Position numbers and translations under genes: made by a program
Assembly (NCBI GenBank): GCA_937625935.1
Contig: OW569351.1
Location: 310,001-374,000 of the forward strand
Origin: Tetramitus jugosus
Taxonomy: Eukaryota; Protista; Heterolobosea
Direction of reading: 5' to 3'
Length of the DNA stretch: 64,000 nucleotides
In this document: positions 41,846 through 54,483 of the stretch, piece after piece
How positions within the stretch are numbered: the first letter of the stretch is position 1
Layout: every line of letters begins with the position of its first letter
Notes under the pieces: model-generated
The model's database searches: none
The model's input: the letters and a program-made list of their open reading frames with translations, nothing else
What the model was told of the DNA's origin: nothing

Positions 41846-44386
41846 ATGTCCTCCTCCCCATTATCACCATCACCATCATCATTCACTCCCATCATCTCCA
41901 ACAGCAAAATGAGCACCAATTTATGGTCACATGTCCCTCAAGACACCATTCACATTGTGTTTGATTTTTTGCCACTGAGATCCATTGTTCAGATGATGAC
42001 AGTCTCTCGGCAGTTCCTTTCCATTTCTGCTCACTTCCTACTGTCGACACCCATTTTTCTAGATGAATCCGAATCGTCAATGATATTGGGCGCGACGAGT
42101 GATGAGTTTGATGAAGGGCCACAGAGACAAGTACATGATGGACACAGTGCATTTCATGATCATCCAAGTGCCATTAGCTCTCATAATCCGCTAGAGTGCA
42201 GTGCAAAGAATCGACTACGACGCAATTTTTCTCATTATGATCGACGGAGACAGAATGTGAATTTGACGCAAAAGGATTTATGTGTGTTGTTGAGGTATAC
42301 GAGTAGGGAATTGAACACGATTCGTATTGGTCGCGTGTTCATGAAGCAGACAAGGGAGGAAGACATGGTGAGAAGCGATGTTTTGCTGAGTTGCGTGAGA
42401 CAGAGTGCAGAGAGAAGTATGCATTTGAGTGCATTGCACTTGAATTGTACAGGGTTGGCCATATCTGATCTCGTGTCGACGCTCAGTCGGATTGCACCTC
42501 GATTACAAACGTTGGACCTGAGTGATTTGGAGTTAAATTATGCACACGAGTTGATTGCTATTGTAGGTAATTGTACGCCACAGATTTTGAAGAATTTGAC
42601 GCTCGATAATTGTTATCGGTTTGAGGAGTTGGCTGAGATGGAGAACAGAAATCAACCACATTTGTATCAACGATTTTTAACAGTGTTGTACACTTTGACA
42701 TCATTGTGCCTGAAACGTTGCGGAAGAGAGCTATTGATGCACAAGAAGAAGAGTGGCCGCCAGACAATTATATTTGATTTTTGCCCATTCCTTGAGCACT
42801 TGTCAATCGGTGATCAGAATATGCTCATTGATTGGAATGGTGATTTAAAGAAGACGATTGATGAACGAGGAAAGAATTTGCGTAGTTTGCATGTGAAAGG
42901 TGGAAGAATCACACTGACTTGTAATCTGTACAATGATGATGTATCAAGTAGAATTGTTGATCTGTTTCCAAAGCTTACCTCTGTCGTCATGGACACCAAT
43001 ATTGGATTCTTTAAAACCTATCTTGAAAATAACGAACATGTGTCGAATTTTAAGGGAGATACTGACGTTGTGAATCTGCTTCGTCGAATACGTAACCTTC
43101 ATATAACAGGAGTTCCAAATCATCAACAAACAATTCCAACCGAGGTTTTTGAGTGGGCGCTTGAACATGTTGTGCATACAGAGCGATTAAGTATCATGGA
43201 TTTTTCTCAATTGAGAGATCAATGTGTTTCGAACAATATATCTTCTTTGAAGAATATTAGAAGCTTGGATTTGTCGACAACATCTGCATCTGATGAACTT
43301 ATTGTTCTTGTTGTGAACAATCTTCCACAACTCACAAATATTTCAGCTTGCTATGCGAAAAACAAACCATTATCTCCCTTTAGAGAGGAAGTTAATTTAG
43401 GTGGATTTCTCTTGTCTTACACTGATGCCGTGAATCTCGGTCTCGTGCTCCAAAAGAGAGGAAAGTGCAAGCTCTCATACATCAATTTCAGCAATTCTAA
43501 AATTTCGTGCTATCTCATTGCCTTTCTACTCACTGCTGCAAGTAGTACGCTGGAGAACTTACTACTGAAAGGATCCATTGGTTATGACTATGTTGATCAT
43601 GAGTCAGGTGTTGATATTACAGAACCTCTTAAAGAATTAACACGAATTAATTTGGCAGAATCGAATTCAAGTCTGTGCAGCTTTGTTGTAGAGCAACTTG
43701 GGCTCAGAACTTGTCCAAATTTACTTTCAATCAACATATCACGTATCAAGAGTGATGGAATATGTGACATGAGTAACATTCATCTCGAATCTCTGCTGTC
43801 GTCTTCTCCCAAGCTCTCCAGTATAAAGGCTGAGAATTTAACACAAATGACCGATGCCATTATGGAAATAGCGGGTAACAAGTGTCATAGACTAACCAAG
43901 TTGGAGCTCTCTGGTACTGGCATCTCATTGAATAGTCTGCTAGAACTTCAGCAGCTGTCTCAACTAACTATATTGAAGGCTACCGGAATTGAGATGCCCA
44001 CCAACTTGGATGATGTTCATACACTGATACAGCATCTCAACAGCGTGCGGATACTGGCACTGAATTTACACGATTGTGGTCTCAGTAACCGAACGTTGGA
44101 GTACTTGGCACTCAATTGTTCTTGCATTGAAACGTTGATCTTAGGAGGAAGACCCTTGCAGCACATGGGCCAATTCATCACAAAGAGAGGCTTCATATCC
44201 TTTATTGTTGGATCGACTAGTCTTCAAATGTTAATCATGGACTTTTGTCCAATTGCTGAACTAGCAGTCGTGAAGCAGCTACAACATACGATACGTGGCA
44301 CAGGACGCTCAGCACCTACTCTAATTCTTCCATACGTTCGCAACAAAACCAATCCGAAAAAAGGAGAAGGTTGCAAGAACATGTAA
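41846..44386 (+). CDS. F-box/LRR protein
   Basis: WSHVPQDTIHIVFDFLPLRSIVQMMTVSRQF F-box; many LxxLxL repeats. Confidence 0.85.
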   Translation: MSSSPLSPSPSSFTPIISNSKMSTNLWSHVPQDTIHIVFDFLPLRSIVQMMTVSRQFLSISAHFLLSTPIFLDESESSMILGATSDEFDEGPQRQVHDGHSAFHDHPSAISSHNPLECSAKNRLRRNFSHYDRRRQNVNLTQKDLCVLLRYTSRELNTIRIGRVFMKQTREEDMVRSDVLLSCVRQSAERSMHLSALHLNCTGLAISDLVSTLSRIAPRLQTLDLSDLELNYAHELIAIVGNCTPQILKNLTLDNCYRFEELAEMENRNQPHLYQRFLTVLYTLTSLCLKRCGRELLMHKKKSGRQTIIFDFCPFLEHLSIGDQNMLIDWNGDLKKTIDERGKNLRSLHVKGGRITLTCNLYNDDVSSRIVDLFPKLTSVVMDTNIGFFKTYLENNEHVSNFKGDTDVVNLLRRIRNLHITGVPNHQQTIPTEVFEWALEHVVHTERLSIMDFSQLRDQCVSNNISSLKNIRSLDLSTTSASDELIVLVVNNLPQLTNISACYAKNKPLSPFREEVNLGGFLLSYTDAVNLGLVLQKRGKCKLSYINFSNSKISCYLIAFLLTAASSTLENLLLKGSIGYDYVDHESGVDITEPLKELTRINLAESNSSLCSFVVEQLGLRTCPNLLSINISRIKSDGICDMSNIHLESLLSSSPKLSSIKAENLTQMTDAIMEIAGNKCHRLTKLELSGTGISLNSLLELQQLSQLTILKATGIEMPTNLDDVHTLIQHLNSVRILALNLHDCGLSNRTLEYLALNCSCIETLILGGRPLQHMGQFITKRGFISFIVGSTSLQMLIMDFCPIAELAVVKQLQHTIRGTGRSAPTLILPYVRNKTNPKKGEGCKNM

Positions 44387-44677
44387 CAATAATTATCACT
44401 CCCTTATTTATTATAACACCCAATTCACTTTCAGTTCTGCTCGTCATCCGTTCCGTAGTTGAGCGATCCGCGAAAACATTTCTTGCGCGAGAATTTCACC
44501 AAGGTGAAACTGTTTAGGCAGTCGCCCGCGAATTGTAACACAAAAAACACGTAATTTCCAGGATACCTGGCCGCATTTGACATCAGCAGCAACAACGAAA
44601 GCAGTTAACAACAGACACCGACCCCACAAACGACCACATAACGCGACTTCTCAAGCAGTAATTTCGCTCAATACTTG

Positions 44678-45718
44678 ATGACGGTTAATCCTGAACACAA
44701 CAACACCATTGGCACTCCCATTGCCCATCATGATGAATGTTGTGACAATACGAAGACGTTGGTGTCCGAAGAAAACGGCTCCACCTCACTAACTGCTGCT
44801 GTTCTCGACGAGTTTTCTGAAATTCACGTTCGCAATTACACGAATGCTCTTCATCACCATCACCATCATGAGGAACATGATGATGATGCACACCCTCACC
44901 ATCATATTATGCACGACCAGCATGACCCTCGTTACTTGAACAAGATGCATCCAGAGGACCGCGATGCCTACAAGAAGCTTTTGCGTGGAAATCGCGCGTT
45001 TGTGGCCAAAAAGCTCAACGAGGAGGGACCAGAGTATTTTACACGAAAGGCTCAAACCCAGCAACCCAAATTTCTGGTGATTGGTTGCTCCGATTCTAGA
45101 GTTCACCCTGATCAGGTGACAGGAACGAAACCTGGTGACATTTTTATTCACAGAAATGTGGCCAATTTGGTTGTGAACACTGATTTGAATCTGATGAGTG
45201 TTCTTCAGTATGCTGTAGAGGTGTTGAAGGTGAAGCATGTGATTGTATTGGGTCATTACAATTGTGGTGGTGTCAAGGCAAGCATGGAACAGACTCATCA
45301 CGGTCTCATTGACAAGTGGCTCAGAAGTATTAAGGATGTTCAGAGATTGCACTTTGACAAGCTGAATGCGGTGGAGGATTATGATGAGAGAGTAAAGTTA
45401 CTGACTCGGTTAAATGTACAGGAACAGACATTGAATCTGTGTAAGACAAGCATTATTCAAAAAGCATGGGCCAGAGGTCAAAATGTCCATGTGCACGGAT
45501 GGGTATATGACCTGAGAGAAGGACTCATGAACGATTTGAAGATTGAGGAGAAGCTATGGAGAGAGATTGCTCCTATTTATGGCTTACGCTTTCCTGAAGT
45601 CGAAAGAGAGGAGGAGTATGAAGCAATGCTTCGGAGAGAGAAGGATCTCGCGTTGTTGCAAAAGAATGCAACTGATGATGCTTGTTGCCTACCCAGTGAA
45701 GGAGACGCATCATGTTAA
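44678..45718 (+). CDS. Beta-class carbonic anhydrase with His-rich N-terminal extension
   Basis: IGCSDSRV, FIHRNVAN, LGHYNCGGV, VHGWVYD. Confidence 0.95.
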   Translation: MTVNPEHNNTIGTPIAHHDECCDNTKTLVSEENGSTSLTAAVLDEFSEIHVRNYTNALHHHHHHEEHDDDAHPHHHIMHDQHDPRYLNKMHPEDRDAYKKLLRGNRAFVAKKLNEEGPEYFTRKAQTQQPKFLVIGCSDSRVHPDQVTGTKPGDIFIHRNVANLVVNTDLNLMSVLQYAVEVLKVKHVIVLGHYNCGGVKASMEQTHHGLIDKWLRSIKDVQRLHFDKLNAVEDYDERVKLLTRLNVQEQTLNLCKTSIIQKAWARGQNVHVHGWVYDLREGLMNDLKIEEKLWREIAPIYGLRFPEVEREEEYEAMLRREKDLALLQKNATDDACCLPSEGDASC

Positions 45719-45923
45719 TATAAACTCATTTGAGCTCATTGACAAAACCTACACGATTGTTCTGAGCTCCTAAGGACGCTTGGGAGAATTTGAGATGCAA
45801 TGTTGAGTTATCGGGCGACTTCGAATCACTGTCGTCCAACGGATACTATTTTCTTGGTCCATATCATGCATCCCGCCAAAAATATAGTTTACATGCTCAA
45901 AATCGATTCACGATAGTGCTAGA

Positions 45924-48900
45924 ATGCAACAAATAGTATGTTCTATGATAAGAAGCTATACTTGAATCGTTATTCACTTTTATTTACACCTCGAATAGGG
46001 TTTGATTCCTTCGGGAGTTCAGCTATGGTCGAAGAAGGTTATCCTAGTTGCCGCCGGGAAACTCATTTATTGTTCAACGATAGCAGTATATGTCTTGTGT
46101 CTCAAAGACTATTCTGTCGAGAGGATACTGACAGGTCATGGTCAAACAATAACCGGAATGTGTAAATCTAGTCACTTTCCAAATATAATAGCAACCAGCT
46201 CCTTAGATCAAACGATACGTGTATGGGATATCGATACTGGCAAAGAGCTAACATCGATATCGACTGCTGGAGGTACGCACGGTTTCAAACCTTGGTGCTT
46301 GGACTGGAGTCCTTATGAACCCTTTGAGATTGCATGCGCTGGTGGGAAGGGAGCCATTCGAATATACAACTACGGAAGAAATGACGGGACTTACCAAAGT
46401 ATACTTGTGAAGTCGGATGTTGATATTACTAGTATCGGATACAGTCCTAAGAATGTAAGTATTGCCTCGAATTTTATCATTGTATCGATGGATTTCTAAT
46501 GTGTAACAACAGCCAAATGTGTTATTCGCAGTTCTTCGAGATGGCCATTTCTGTCTTGTGGATCTAGTCAAACAATCAGCGTTCATGAAGGTAAAACAAT
46601 CAGAAGAGTCAAAGATTATCGATTGTCGTTGGGATCCAATGTCCACACACTATATTTTGGTTGGATCTGATAATGGTTAGTAGACCTTTCTCTCTTTCAA
46701 TAATGGGAGCTCGACATTTACATCTATTTTATAGGAGAGCTGTGTTTGTATGATTCCGAGGCGACAGGTTCAGAAGCGAAGCAAGTTCGAAGATTTGATA
46801 AGATTAACGGAGGACTCTCATCTATCTCATGGATAGATAATGAACCTGGCAATTTTATTGTTGGAGATTCACGAACTGGATTACTAAGATTCTTTAACAT
46901 ATCTCAACAGTAAGTCTTCTCTATTATTTGTTTTTTATTGGCGTAATAGGTATTTACTCTCGCTTTATGCGCTAATAAGGACGCCACTAAAAGTACTAAA
47001 GGTTCGCAAAGTTGGTATTTTGGAACTGATTCACATCCCTAAGCTTGAGAAGGTTGTACTGTCATTCCGAGACGGATCGGTGGGAGTGTATGATTTGAAG
47101 CAGAAGACTATGGAGTATATTACTCCAGGTTCACATACTGAAACGATATTTGATTGTGCTTTTAATGAGCTGGATCCCAACATATTCGCTACCTCCAGTT
47201 TTGATAGCTCGATCAAGGTGTGGAACATCAAGAAGATGCAGTGTATTGATACGATAGTGGGAGACAAGGCGGTAATATATAGTCTCGCTTGGCATCCTCA
47301 CAAGAATGTAATAGCTGGAGGATTTTCAAATGGTACTGTTTGGATCTGGGACGTAACGAAACGTATTATTATTCATAAGATTCAAGCACACCGAGGAAGT
47401 TGTTTCAAGATATCATGGAACAAAATGGATCCTTCCTTATTTGCTGTTTCTTCGAAGGATATGGGTGTCTCTGTGATCAACGATAGTGGTCGTGTCGTGA
47501 GAATGTTGAGGCATCCTAGCGTAGCATTTGGAATAGATTGGAGCCCTCATGATAAGAATGTCTTCGCGACTGGATGTCATGACTCTATTGTTCGAATTTT
47601 CAATTTCGAAATTGCTGATACTCCAATAAGAAAGCTTCGTGGTCATACAGCTGAGGTGTTCAATGTCGCGTTTCACCCTCGATTTCCTAACATCATCTTA
47701 TCAGGGTCTAATGATAAATCTGTTAGAGTGTGGAATACAGAGACCAATGATTGCCAAATGTTGATTGGTCATACTGATTTTGTAAGGGCCTTATCCTGGA
47801 ATCCAGAGATACCTTATCTGGCTGTGAGTGGAGGATGGGATGGTACAGTACGAGTTTGGGATGCCAGGAGTGGTAGGTGTTTGAGTATTGCAAACGACCA
47901 CCACGCAGATGTTTATGGAATATCAACTCACCCCAAGAGACCCTTTATTTATGGTTCTACATCAAGAGATACCACAATCAGATTTTGGAGTCTTGAACCT
48001 TTGATTGAGAGGCTCATACTAAAAGTAGTAATTTATAAGGACTTGTCGAAATGCTTAAATCCTTCTCCCTCCTTTGTATTTGGGAGCACTTCTGACGATC
48101 TTATGTTTTGTGGGAGATACTCGGGTGAACTACAGAACAAAATTAAGGATTTAAGATCTGACGTGAACAGATACGAGGCTCTCTTTGACTTCTTCTCTTT
48201 TCCAAATGATTCGAAGGAGATTTGGTCGGTTGTCCGAAGTTCTGTATCACAAATTCCTCAGAAGAAGGGAAAGGTCTTGCACAAATCCAATATCATCAGC
48301 TATTTAAACTCAAAAGCAAGAGAATTAGAATGTACCAAACTCAAAACAACTGGTATTGGCGTAGCTCGAAAAGTTGATATTTTGAAAGAAGCAGCAACAT
48401 TGTATCTTAAACAAGGAAATGCTCGACAATATTGTGAGTTAATGGTTGAAATAGAGCAATGGGATAGAGCACTCGCTGTGGCCCCGGCAGTTTCTTTAGA
48501 TTATTGGAGAGATCTTAGCGTGAAATATGGTCAGAAGCTTGCTGAGATTGGAAGTAGTGATTGTATACCTCATTATCTGGCGACAGGTGAAACTGACAAA
48601 CTTATGAATTTCTTTATATCCAGAAATCAATTAGATGATGCAACAATAATCGCACAGACCAAATCTGAAGGGGGATACACTCCCATTTTGGCTGCTATCA
48701 ATGCTAAGGAGACTCTTGTGAACAAACCGCGAAAGATTGATGATCCTAGCGAATTGAAGAGCATAACAGAAATGAGAGCTTATCGATATTTGCAACTCTG
48801 TTCTCCAATACTTGCTGCCGCTTGTTACGCTGCAATCGATGATGCTGATCGAACAGTTCGCGCGTTGATAAATGGAAATGAAATTGTACTCGCATACGCT

Positions 48901-49905
48901 GTATCTATATGTATGAATAGCACCCTGCATAACGATACCCTTTACTCTTTGATGGCAAACTTGTGCGAGCAACATGGGTTGACAGAATGTGTTCTTGAGT
49001 TTTTGCAACAAATTCGCAACAAGGATGTCGTGTCAGCTCTTGTCTCCAAGATAGCAACAGGAAACGATCAAGAAGCTGAGAAGCTATTTGTTCGAGCTGG
49101 TCTCCAAAGCCCTCTCTTCTATGCAACTGAAGCAAGAAATATAAACTCGGAGGATGCCATAAAAGCAGTAAGATATCATGCGTTAGGAGGAGATCACGAT
49201 CAGGCAGCATCCGTTTGCTTGAACTATATGAAAGTGGTTTTCTCAAAAGAAACTTGGGAATGGGAGGCAATTAGATCTATCAGCCTGTCAATGAACTGTA
49301 TAGATGCCACGAAATTACCAGATGCCACCCGAAAAGATATTTTGGCTTACTCCAGCTTTATTGGAGGCCAAGAGGCACTCTGGAAAGGTTACTATTCAGT
49401 CGCTCCCTTCTTATTCCAAAACTCTAGATCACTAACTAGGCACAATGACACTTCATTCTCCATATCGACTCTCTACTTAGACTATATGGTGTGTCTGTCT
49501 CTGAGTTTCTATGATAGGAACGAAGCCAAACATTTAGTAGAACAACTTATTAGCAATCTGGACTTAACAGACAACCAAACAAACAAGAGTATGCGCTCTG
49601 CCCTCGAACATCTGAAAGATCGACTCAATATCACTTTGGAATCTCCTCAACGAAGAAGAAATATGATTGTCCCCACTGCCTCCAACCTTCCTCTTCGATC
49701 CATCAATGGAATCAGAACAAAATCTTTCATCACCAAGAGAGAAGCACAAGCCCCACTGTTCTTGCTCAATGACTATGACTTCCCAACAGATCTCAGAGCA
49801 CCCACAGACAAGACAAAATTCTACGCGAGTATGTCTGAAGTGATCATGTGGAACCAGGTCAATCCATTCTCACCACTCAACAATGGAAGAAAGCTCCGCC
49901 TGTGA
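45924..49905 (+). CDS. WDR17: WDR17-like WD40 protein; 5 exons (45924-45935, 45999-46454, 46513-46675, 46735-46909, 46980-49905)
   Basis: MQQI|GLIPSGVQLWSK N-terminus; SHTETIFDC, HHADVYG, WDRALAVAPAVSLDYWR; C-terminal VNPFSPL; four GT-AG introns keep frame. Confidence 0.88.
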
Positions 49906-49959
49906 ATTTTTCCTACTCACCGCATATGCACCAAAACCAAATAAATCAGCACAGCAAAT

Positions 49960-51675
49960 ATGCATCGAATTGCCACTCGAACAAGTGTGTTGCATCGAGC
50001 AACAACAACTCGCATTCATAAAGCTCAACAACTCGTGATCGGTGCACCAAAGACTTTTCATCACAAAGCAAATTTGCTCAATGCAGTTGTTGTTGGTGAT
50101 CGCGATGACGTGAAACAAGATTTTGATGAAAATGATGATGAAGATGATTATCGTCTCATATCGATTGATCGATCCAATCTCATTCGCAAGACGTACTCTC
50201 CATTGAGTGATACGACTGGTGGCAAGAGAGAGCCTGAAACTGCAATGATACGGCACTTGAAGACAAAGATTAAGGGATCAGGACCCATTTCCATCTCTAC
50301 TTTTATCCATGAGTCACTACTCAATCCAAAGTACGGTTATTATTACACTGGTGGAATGAGTGGTGGAATTGAACAACAACAAGAAGGAACAAGGACAACA
50401 ACAGGACAGGAGCAGCAGCAGCAGCAGGAAGTTGATCAAGTTGATCAAGAAAGGATTTTTGGTGCTCGTGGAGATTTTGTGACATCACCCGAGATTTCGA
50501 GTGTGTTTGGCGAGCTGATTGGTGTGTGGTGCGTGGAAATGTGGCACCAGTTGAAGTGTCCAAAGAGACTTCAGATTGTGGAGCTGGGACCAGGCAGAGG
50601 AACACTGATGCACGACTTGTTACACAGTATTCATACACTGAGCAAGAAGAACTCACAATTGGTTTCACAGTTTTTGTCCAGTGATATTTCGGTGCACATG
50701 GTAGAAGCTAGTCCTCAATTGAAACAGATTCAGAAGAATACGTTGAGTCAAGAGCAAGGCTCATCGACCACAAACTCTACTGAAGAAGTGAGAACGTACT
50801 GTAATCTACCAGTGTCATGGCACAGTGAGTTTGAAAAGGTACCTGACTTGTCTGATCAACCAGACACTGGCATTCTTGTAATTGCACACGAGTTCTTTGA
50901 TGCACTCCCAGTGTTCCAATTCCAGTATACTGACCGAGGATGGTGTGAAGTGCTAGTCGATGTGAACGATGATGAGCAATCGAATCGACCAGAGCACTTC
51001 AAGTACGTTCTGGCACCATCTCAGACATTCTCCAATATCTTGATTGATCTGAGTCCTGTGGAACCAAAGATTGGTAATCGTATTGAAATTTCTCCTGCCA
51101 GCATGGGAATTATGGAACAGATTGGATCACGGTTGCAGAAACAAAAGGGTGCATCTTTGGTTATTGACTATGGAAAGGATGAACCAATGGGATTCACTCT
51201 CATGGGTATCAAGAATCACCAATTTACAGAGACACCACTCGAGTCTCCAGGACAGGCGGATCTGAGTGTGTTTGTTGATTTTTCATCACTCAGACACTCC
51301 TTGCACAAGTTAGACCAGGTGAAGATTTGGGGTCCCCAGAATCAAGGTAATTTCCTCTATCAGATGGGTATCGATGTTAGACTGCTGCAGGTCCTTCGGA
51401 ATCCAAATATTCCAGAGGCCATGCTCACCAACATCATTGGTGCATATCACAGACTCACCAGCAACGAAGAAATGGGCTCTCAATACCAGGTAATGTGTGT
51501 CACGTCTCCACTGAATGACGCTCCTGCTGGCTTCGCCCTTGCACCAAAAGCCAAGGATATCCCAAAGCCAAAGCTAACAACCAACGAAGCCCCAGCAGCA
51601 ACGAAACCTTCTGCACAAGCAGAACAACCCAAACCACAGTCTGCCTTCAAACGCAGGCCATCCATGTTCACATAA
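49960..51675 (+). CDS. NDUFAF7: NDUFAF7/MidA arginine methyltransferase
   Basis: FGARGDFVTSPEISSVFGEL, VELGPGRGTLMHD, AHEFFDALP, IDYG, PGQADLS..VDF. Confidence 0.95.
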   Translation: MHRIATRTSVLHRATTTRIHKAQQLVIGAPKTFHHKANLLNAVVVGDRDDVKQDFDENDDEDDYRLISIDRSNLIRKTYSPLSDTTGGKREPETAMIRHLKTKIKGSGPISISTFIHESLLNPKYGYYYTGGMSGGIEQQQEGTRTTTGQEQQQQQEVDQVDQERIFGARGDFVTSPEISSVFGELIGVWCVEMWHQLKCPKRLQIVELGPGRGTLMHDLLHSIHTLSKKNSQLVSQFLSSDISVHMVEASPQLKQIQKNTLSQEQGSSTTNSTEEVRTYCNLPVSWHSEFEKVPDLSDQPDTGILVIAHEFFDALPVFQFQYTDRGWCEVLVDVNDDEQSNRPEHFKYVLAPSQTFSNILIDLSPVEPKIGNRIEISPASMGIMEQIGSRLQKQKGASLVIDYGKDEPMGFTLMGIKNHQFTETPLESPGQADLSVFVDFSSLRHSLHKLDQVKIWGPQNQGNFLYQMGIDVRLLQVLRNPNIPEAMLTNIIGAYHRLTSNEEMGSQYQVMCVTSPLNDAPAGFALAPKAKDIPKPKLTTNEAPAATKPSAQAEQPKPQSAFKRRPSMFT

Positions 51676-51701
51676 CAATAATCCGGATTATCTACACTCA
51701 T

Positions 51702-54245
51702 TTACACTTTTCCTTTATTTGACAACCTGCTGCAAACAGCACCTTTGAGATCTGACTTGTTACAAAGCATATGGTACGCACGGACAAACTCGTATTGAAT
51801 CTGCTTCAATCCCTCCTCAGAGCAGGTTCTGGCCACATTAAAGTCTGTCTCGAAAGGATCCTCAATGCACATGTAGTTTCGCTGCTCTACTGGATTGGTC
51901 CACTTCTTATCCTTCTTTGTAATTGTATCGAGCTTGCGAATAGAAACGACATCTTCTTCAAAATTGAACGTAAATGCATAGTACCTGAAGAATCCAACGA
52001 GCAACTTTCCAACATTGTCAGTATTCTCTGAGACAAAGGTAGTGGATACTATGGTCGCTTCGGGTGATGTTGTCGTCTCCTTTCCACTCTTCTTCTTCTT
52101 GTTTACTGCTGTTTCAATGTGATAGTATGTGCAATCATAAGTGTTACCATCGAGTCCATCAAGCTCATGCTTTGGCACTTCCAATTCGTTCAATTTTTGT
52201 TCATCTTGCAAAACAGGCAACACTGGAGGTGCCAAATGCTGCAAATAACTAATGACCAACAGAGTGAGCGAATAGGAGCTCAGTGTTCCAAGATAGGGCT
52301 GATTAATCTCTCTCATCTTTGCCCAATACTTGACTACGAACACAATGTGAAGACACCGCGTATCAATCTCCGAATACAGCTTCAACAACCGTGTATTGTA
52401 CACTGCCAATATATTATTAACACATATATCACAATTGTAACCAGTGTCCGGATCCACAAACTTTACAATGGGAACTCTAGCCGTAAACAATGGTTTCACC
52501 TGTCTCATATGATGCTTCTCCAAGTACTGTGTCAACTGATTCACATAATTCTTTTTGAATTTTTGATATTCGGAGATTGTTTTTCTCTTGCGGAATGTTT
52601 TGCGTCTCGGTGTACCGGATGAACCAGATCTCTCGCGTGTCGGTGTACTTGTCGAATTGGACCGTTCTCTGCCCTGATGATCAAACTTTTCAGAGTCACT
52701 GTCGTCTTCACCACTGCTCTGACTCTCTGATCCCGAATGACTCATGTTATTGTTGTTACTGTTGTTATTTGACTCGTTTTGCTGTTGCTGTGCTTGTTGC
52801 TGCTGTTGTTGTTGTTGTTGCTGTTGAAGCAATCGCATTTGTTTGTCCTTGTTAATGACGCTCTCTGGTGGTCGAATCACGAGACACACATCCACGTCAC
52901 TGAATCCTCTCACACACAAATCACTGGCACTCGATCCAAACAAGTGCAACTCTGCGTCTCTCCACTTGTGTCCAATAATGTCTGCCACACGAGCAAAAAA
53001 TCGATCCTTTTTATCAATTTCCTTATCTGTCGGTTGCAATTCCTTGTATAGTTGAAGAACGTGGGCAGAAATCTTGGATGCTTGTTCCTTGGTGAGTGTC
53101 ATGATGTGATCAGGTGGTGCAATGAGCATGTCCTCTGTCAGTGAGTCTCTTTGGCCACCAAAATGGAATGAAGAGGCACGTTTTCTCTGTTGTGCTTGTT
53201 GTTGTTGAATTTGCTTCTTTTTTTTGGTGGTGGAACTACTACTGTTAGTAGGTGTGGATGGCAATGAACTTGTGCTATTGGTGTTGTTGTTGTTGTTGTT
53301 ACTTTGACATTCAACAACAGTAATTGCTTCATTGACTTGATGAGTTGTGGGTCGTGGCTCGTGATGACTCTTTGGTTGATGAATCAAGTGTTGTTGTTGT
53401 TGTTGTTGAGCTTGATGTGGTCGAGGTTGCTGTTGTGGTGGTAGTAGTGATGGATCCGTCTTGTTGTTTGCAAAAATGAGTGCCTTCAATGCATTTTCAA
53501 TATCTCTCACATTGTTCATTGATTCCTGTCCAGTACTAGGTGTCATGGTTTGTTGTTGCAATTGCTGCTGATGCTGCTGCTGTTGTTGTAGTGGTTGTTG
53601 TTGGAAATCATACATGTTGGGATAGGGTGGATAATAACCATTCTGTTGCTGCATCTGTACAAACCGTTGTTGTTGTTGTTGAGAGGGTGTCAATGGAGAA
53701 TGAGGTTCATTCTTTGCATTGACCAAATGCTGTTGTTGATGATGTTGCTGAGCAGCAAACATGTTCATGAGCATTGGATTCATCGTGGCCTCCATCGGAT
53801 TAGAATGGACCGTAGGTGGTGATGCAGTTGAAGTTGTTGGTTGTGGAGACGTTGGAGGTGGTGGATAGTAAAAATTGTTTTGATAGGGATTTCCACCATA
53901 CCATCCATAGTAACCACCACCACCATAAAATTGTTGTTGTGAAGAGGGTGATAATGGTGTTGGAGACAATGGTTGTTGAGGCGTAGGTGACTGTGGTGGT
54001 GAAAAATAATGGTGGGGATGAGGGTGAGGGTGAGGGTGGTGGTGGTGAGGGTGGGAATGGGGATGAGGGTGATGATGCATGGCAAGTGGATGATGCATGT
54101 GTGGTTGTTGTTGTGGTTGATGCTGTTGTGGATGTTGATGAGAGACTGGTTGTTGATGTGGTTGTTGTTGTTGGTTAAGCTTTTGAGGATGATCTCTTTG
54201 AGATCGACCACCCTGTTTGGCAGGTGGTTTCTTCTGTTGTTGCAT
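51702..54245 (-). CDS. Cid1/TUT-family terminal nucleotidyltransferase with Q/H/P-rich N-terminus
   Basis: LFGSS, SDVDVC, ARVPIVKF, CDIC, VKYWAK.R.IN, GTLSSY, PPVLP, IEDPFE..NVAR. Confidence 0.92.
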   Translation of the reverse strand: MQQQKKPPAKQGGRSQRDHPQKLNQQQQPHQQPVSHQHPQQHQPQQQPHMHHPLAMHHHPHPHSHPHHHHPHPHPHPHHYFSPPQSPTPQQPLSPTPLSPSSQQQFYGGGGYYGWYGGNPYQNNFYYPPPPTSPQPTTSTASPPTVHSNPMEATMNPMLMNMFAAQQHHQQQHLVNAKNEPHSPLTPSQQQQQRFVQMQQQNGYYPPYPNMYDFQQQPLQQQQQHQQQLQQQTMTPSTGQESMNNVRDIENALKALIFANNKTDPSLLPPQQQPRPHQAQQQQQQHLIHQPKSHHEPRPTTHQVNEAITVVECQSNNNNNNTNSTSSLPSTPTNSSSSTTKKKKQIQQQQAQQRKRASSFHFGGQRDSLTEDMLIAPPDHIMTLTKEQASKISAHVLQLYKELQPTDKEIDKKDRFFARVADIIGHKWRDAELHLFGSSASDLCVRGFSDVDVCLVIRPPESVINKDKQMRLLQQQQQQQQQQQAQQQQNESNNNSNNNNMSHSGSESQSSGEDDSDSEKFDHQGRERSNSTSTPTRERSGSSGTPRRKTFRKRKTISEYQKFKKNYVNQLTQYLEKHHMRQVKPLFTARVPIVKFVDPDTGYNCDICVNNILAVYNTRLLKLYSEIDTRCLHIVFVVKYWAKMREINQPYLGTLSSYSLTLLVISYLQHLAPPVLPVLQDEQKLNELEVPKHELDGLDGNTYDCTYYHIETAVNKKKKSGKETTTSPEATIVSTTFVSENTDNVGKLLVGFFRYYAFTFNFEEDVVSIRKLDTITKKDKKWTNPVEQRNYMCIEDPFETDFNVARTCSEEGLKQIQYEFVRAYHMLCNKSDLKGAVCSRLSNKGKV

Positions 54246-54483
54246 GTTTATTGACGCGGATCAAAAAAAATTGTTGTTTCCTTGTTGTTTTTTGTATTGA
54301 TTGTTGATGTTGTTGTTTTTCGGTTGGAAGGTAAATATGGACCTTGCAAGAGCTTTCACTGAGTATCACCGAAAAAAAAGCGGGATTGTCGGAAATTACT
54401 GGGAGGAAAAATCACAAAACAAAATTTCTTGCCTCAGAGAAAACCTTTTGACCAACAACAACAACAACAAGACAAAGCCATAT

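Noticed and set aside
52770-54240. CAA/CAG and GAGGGT microsatellites as separate elements (also 700-860 and 22430-22460)
   Set aside because: They encode poly-Q, HP and S/N low-complexity tracts within proteins.
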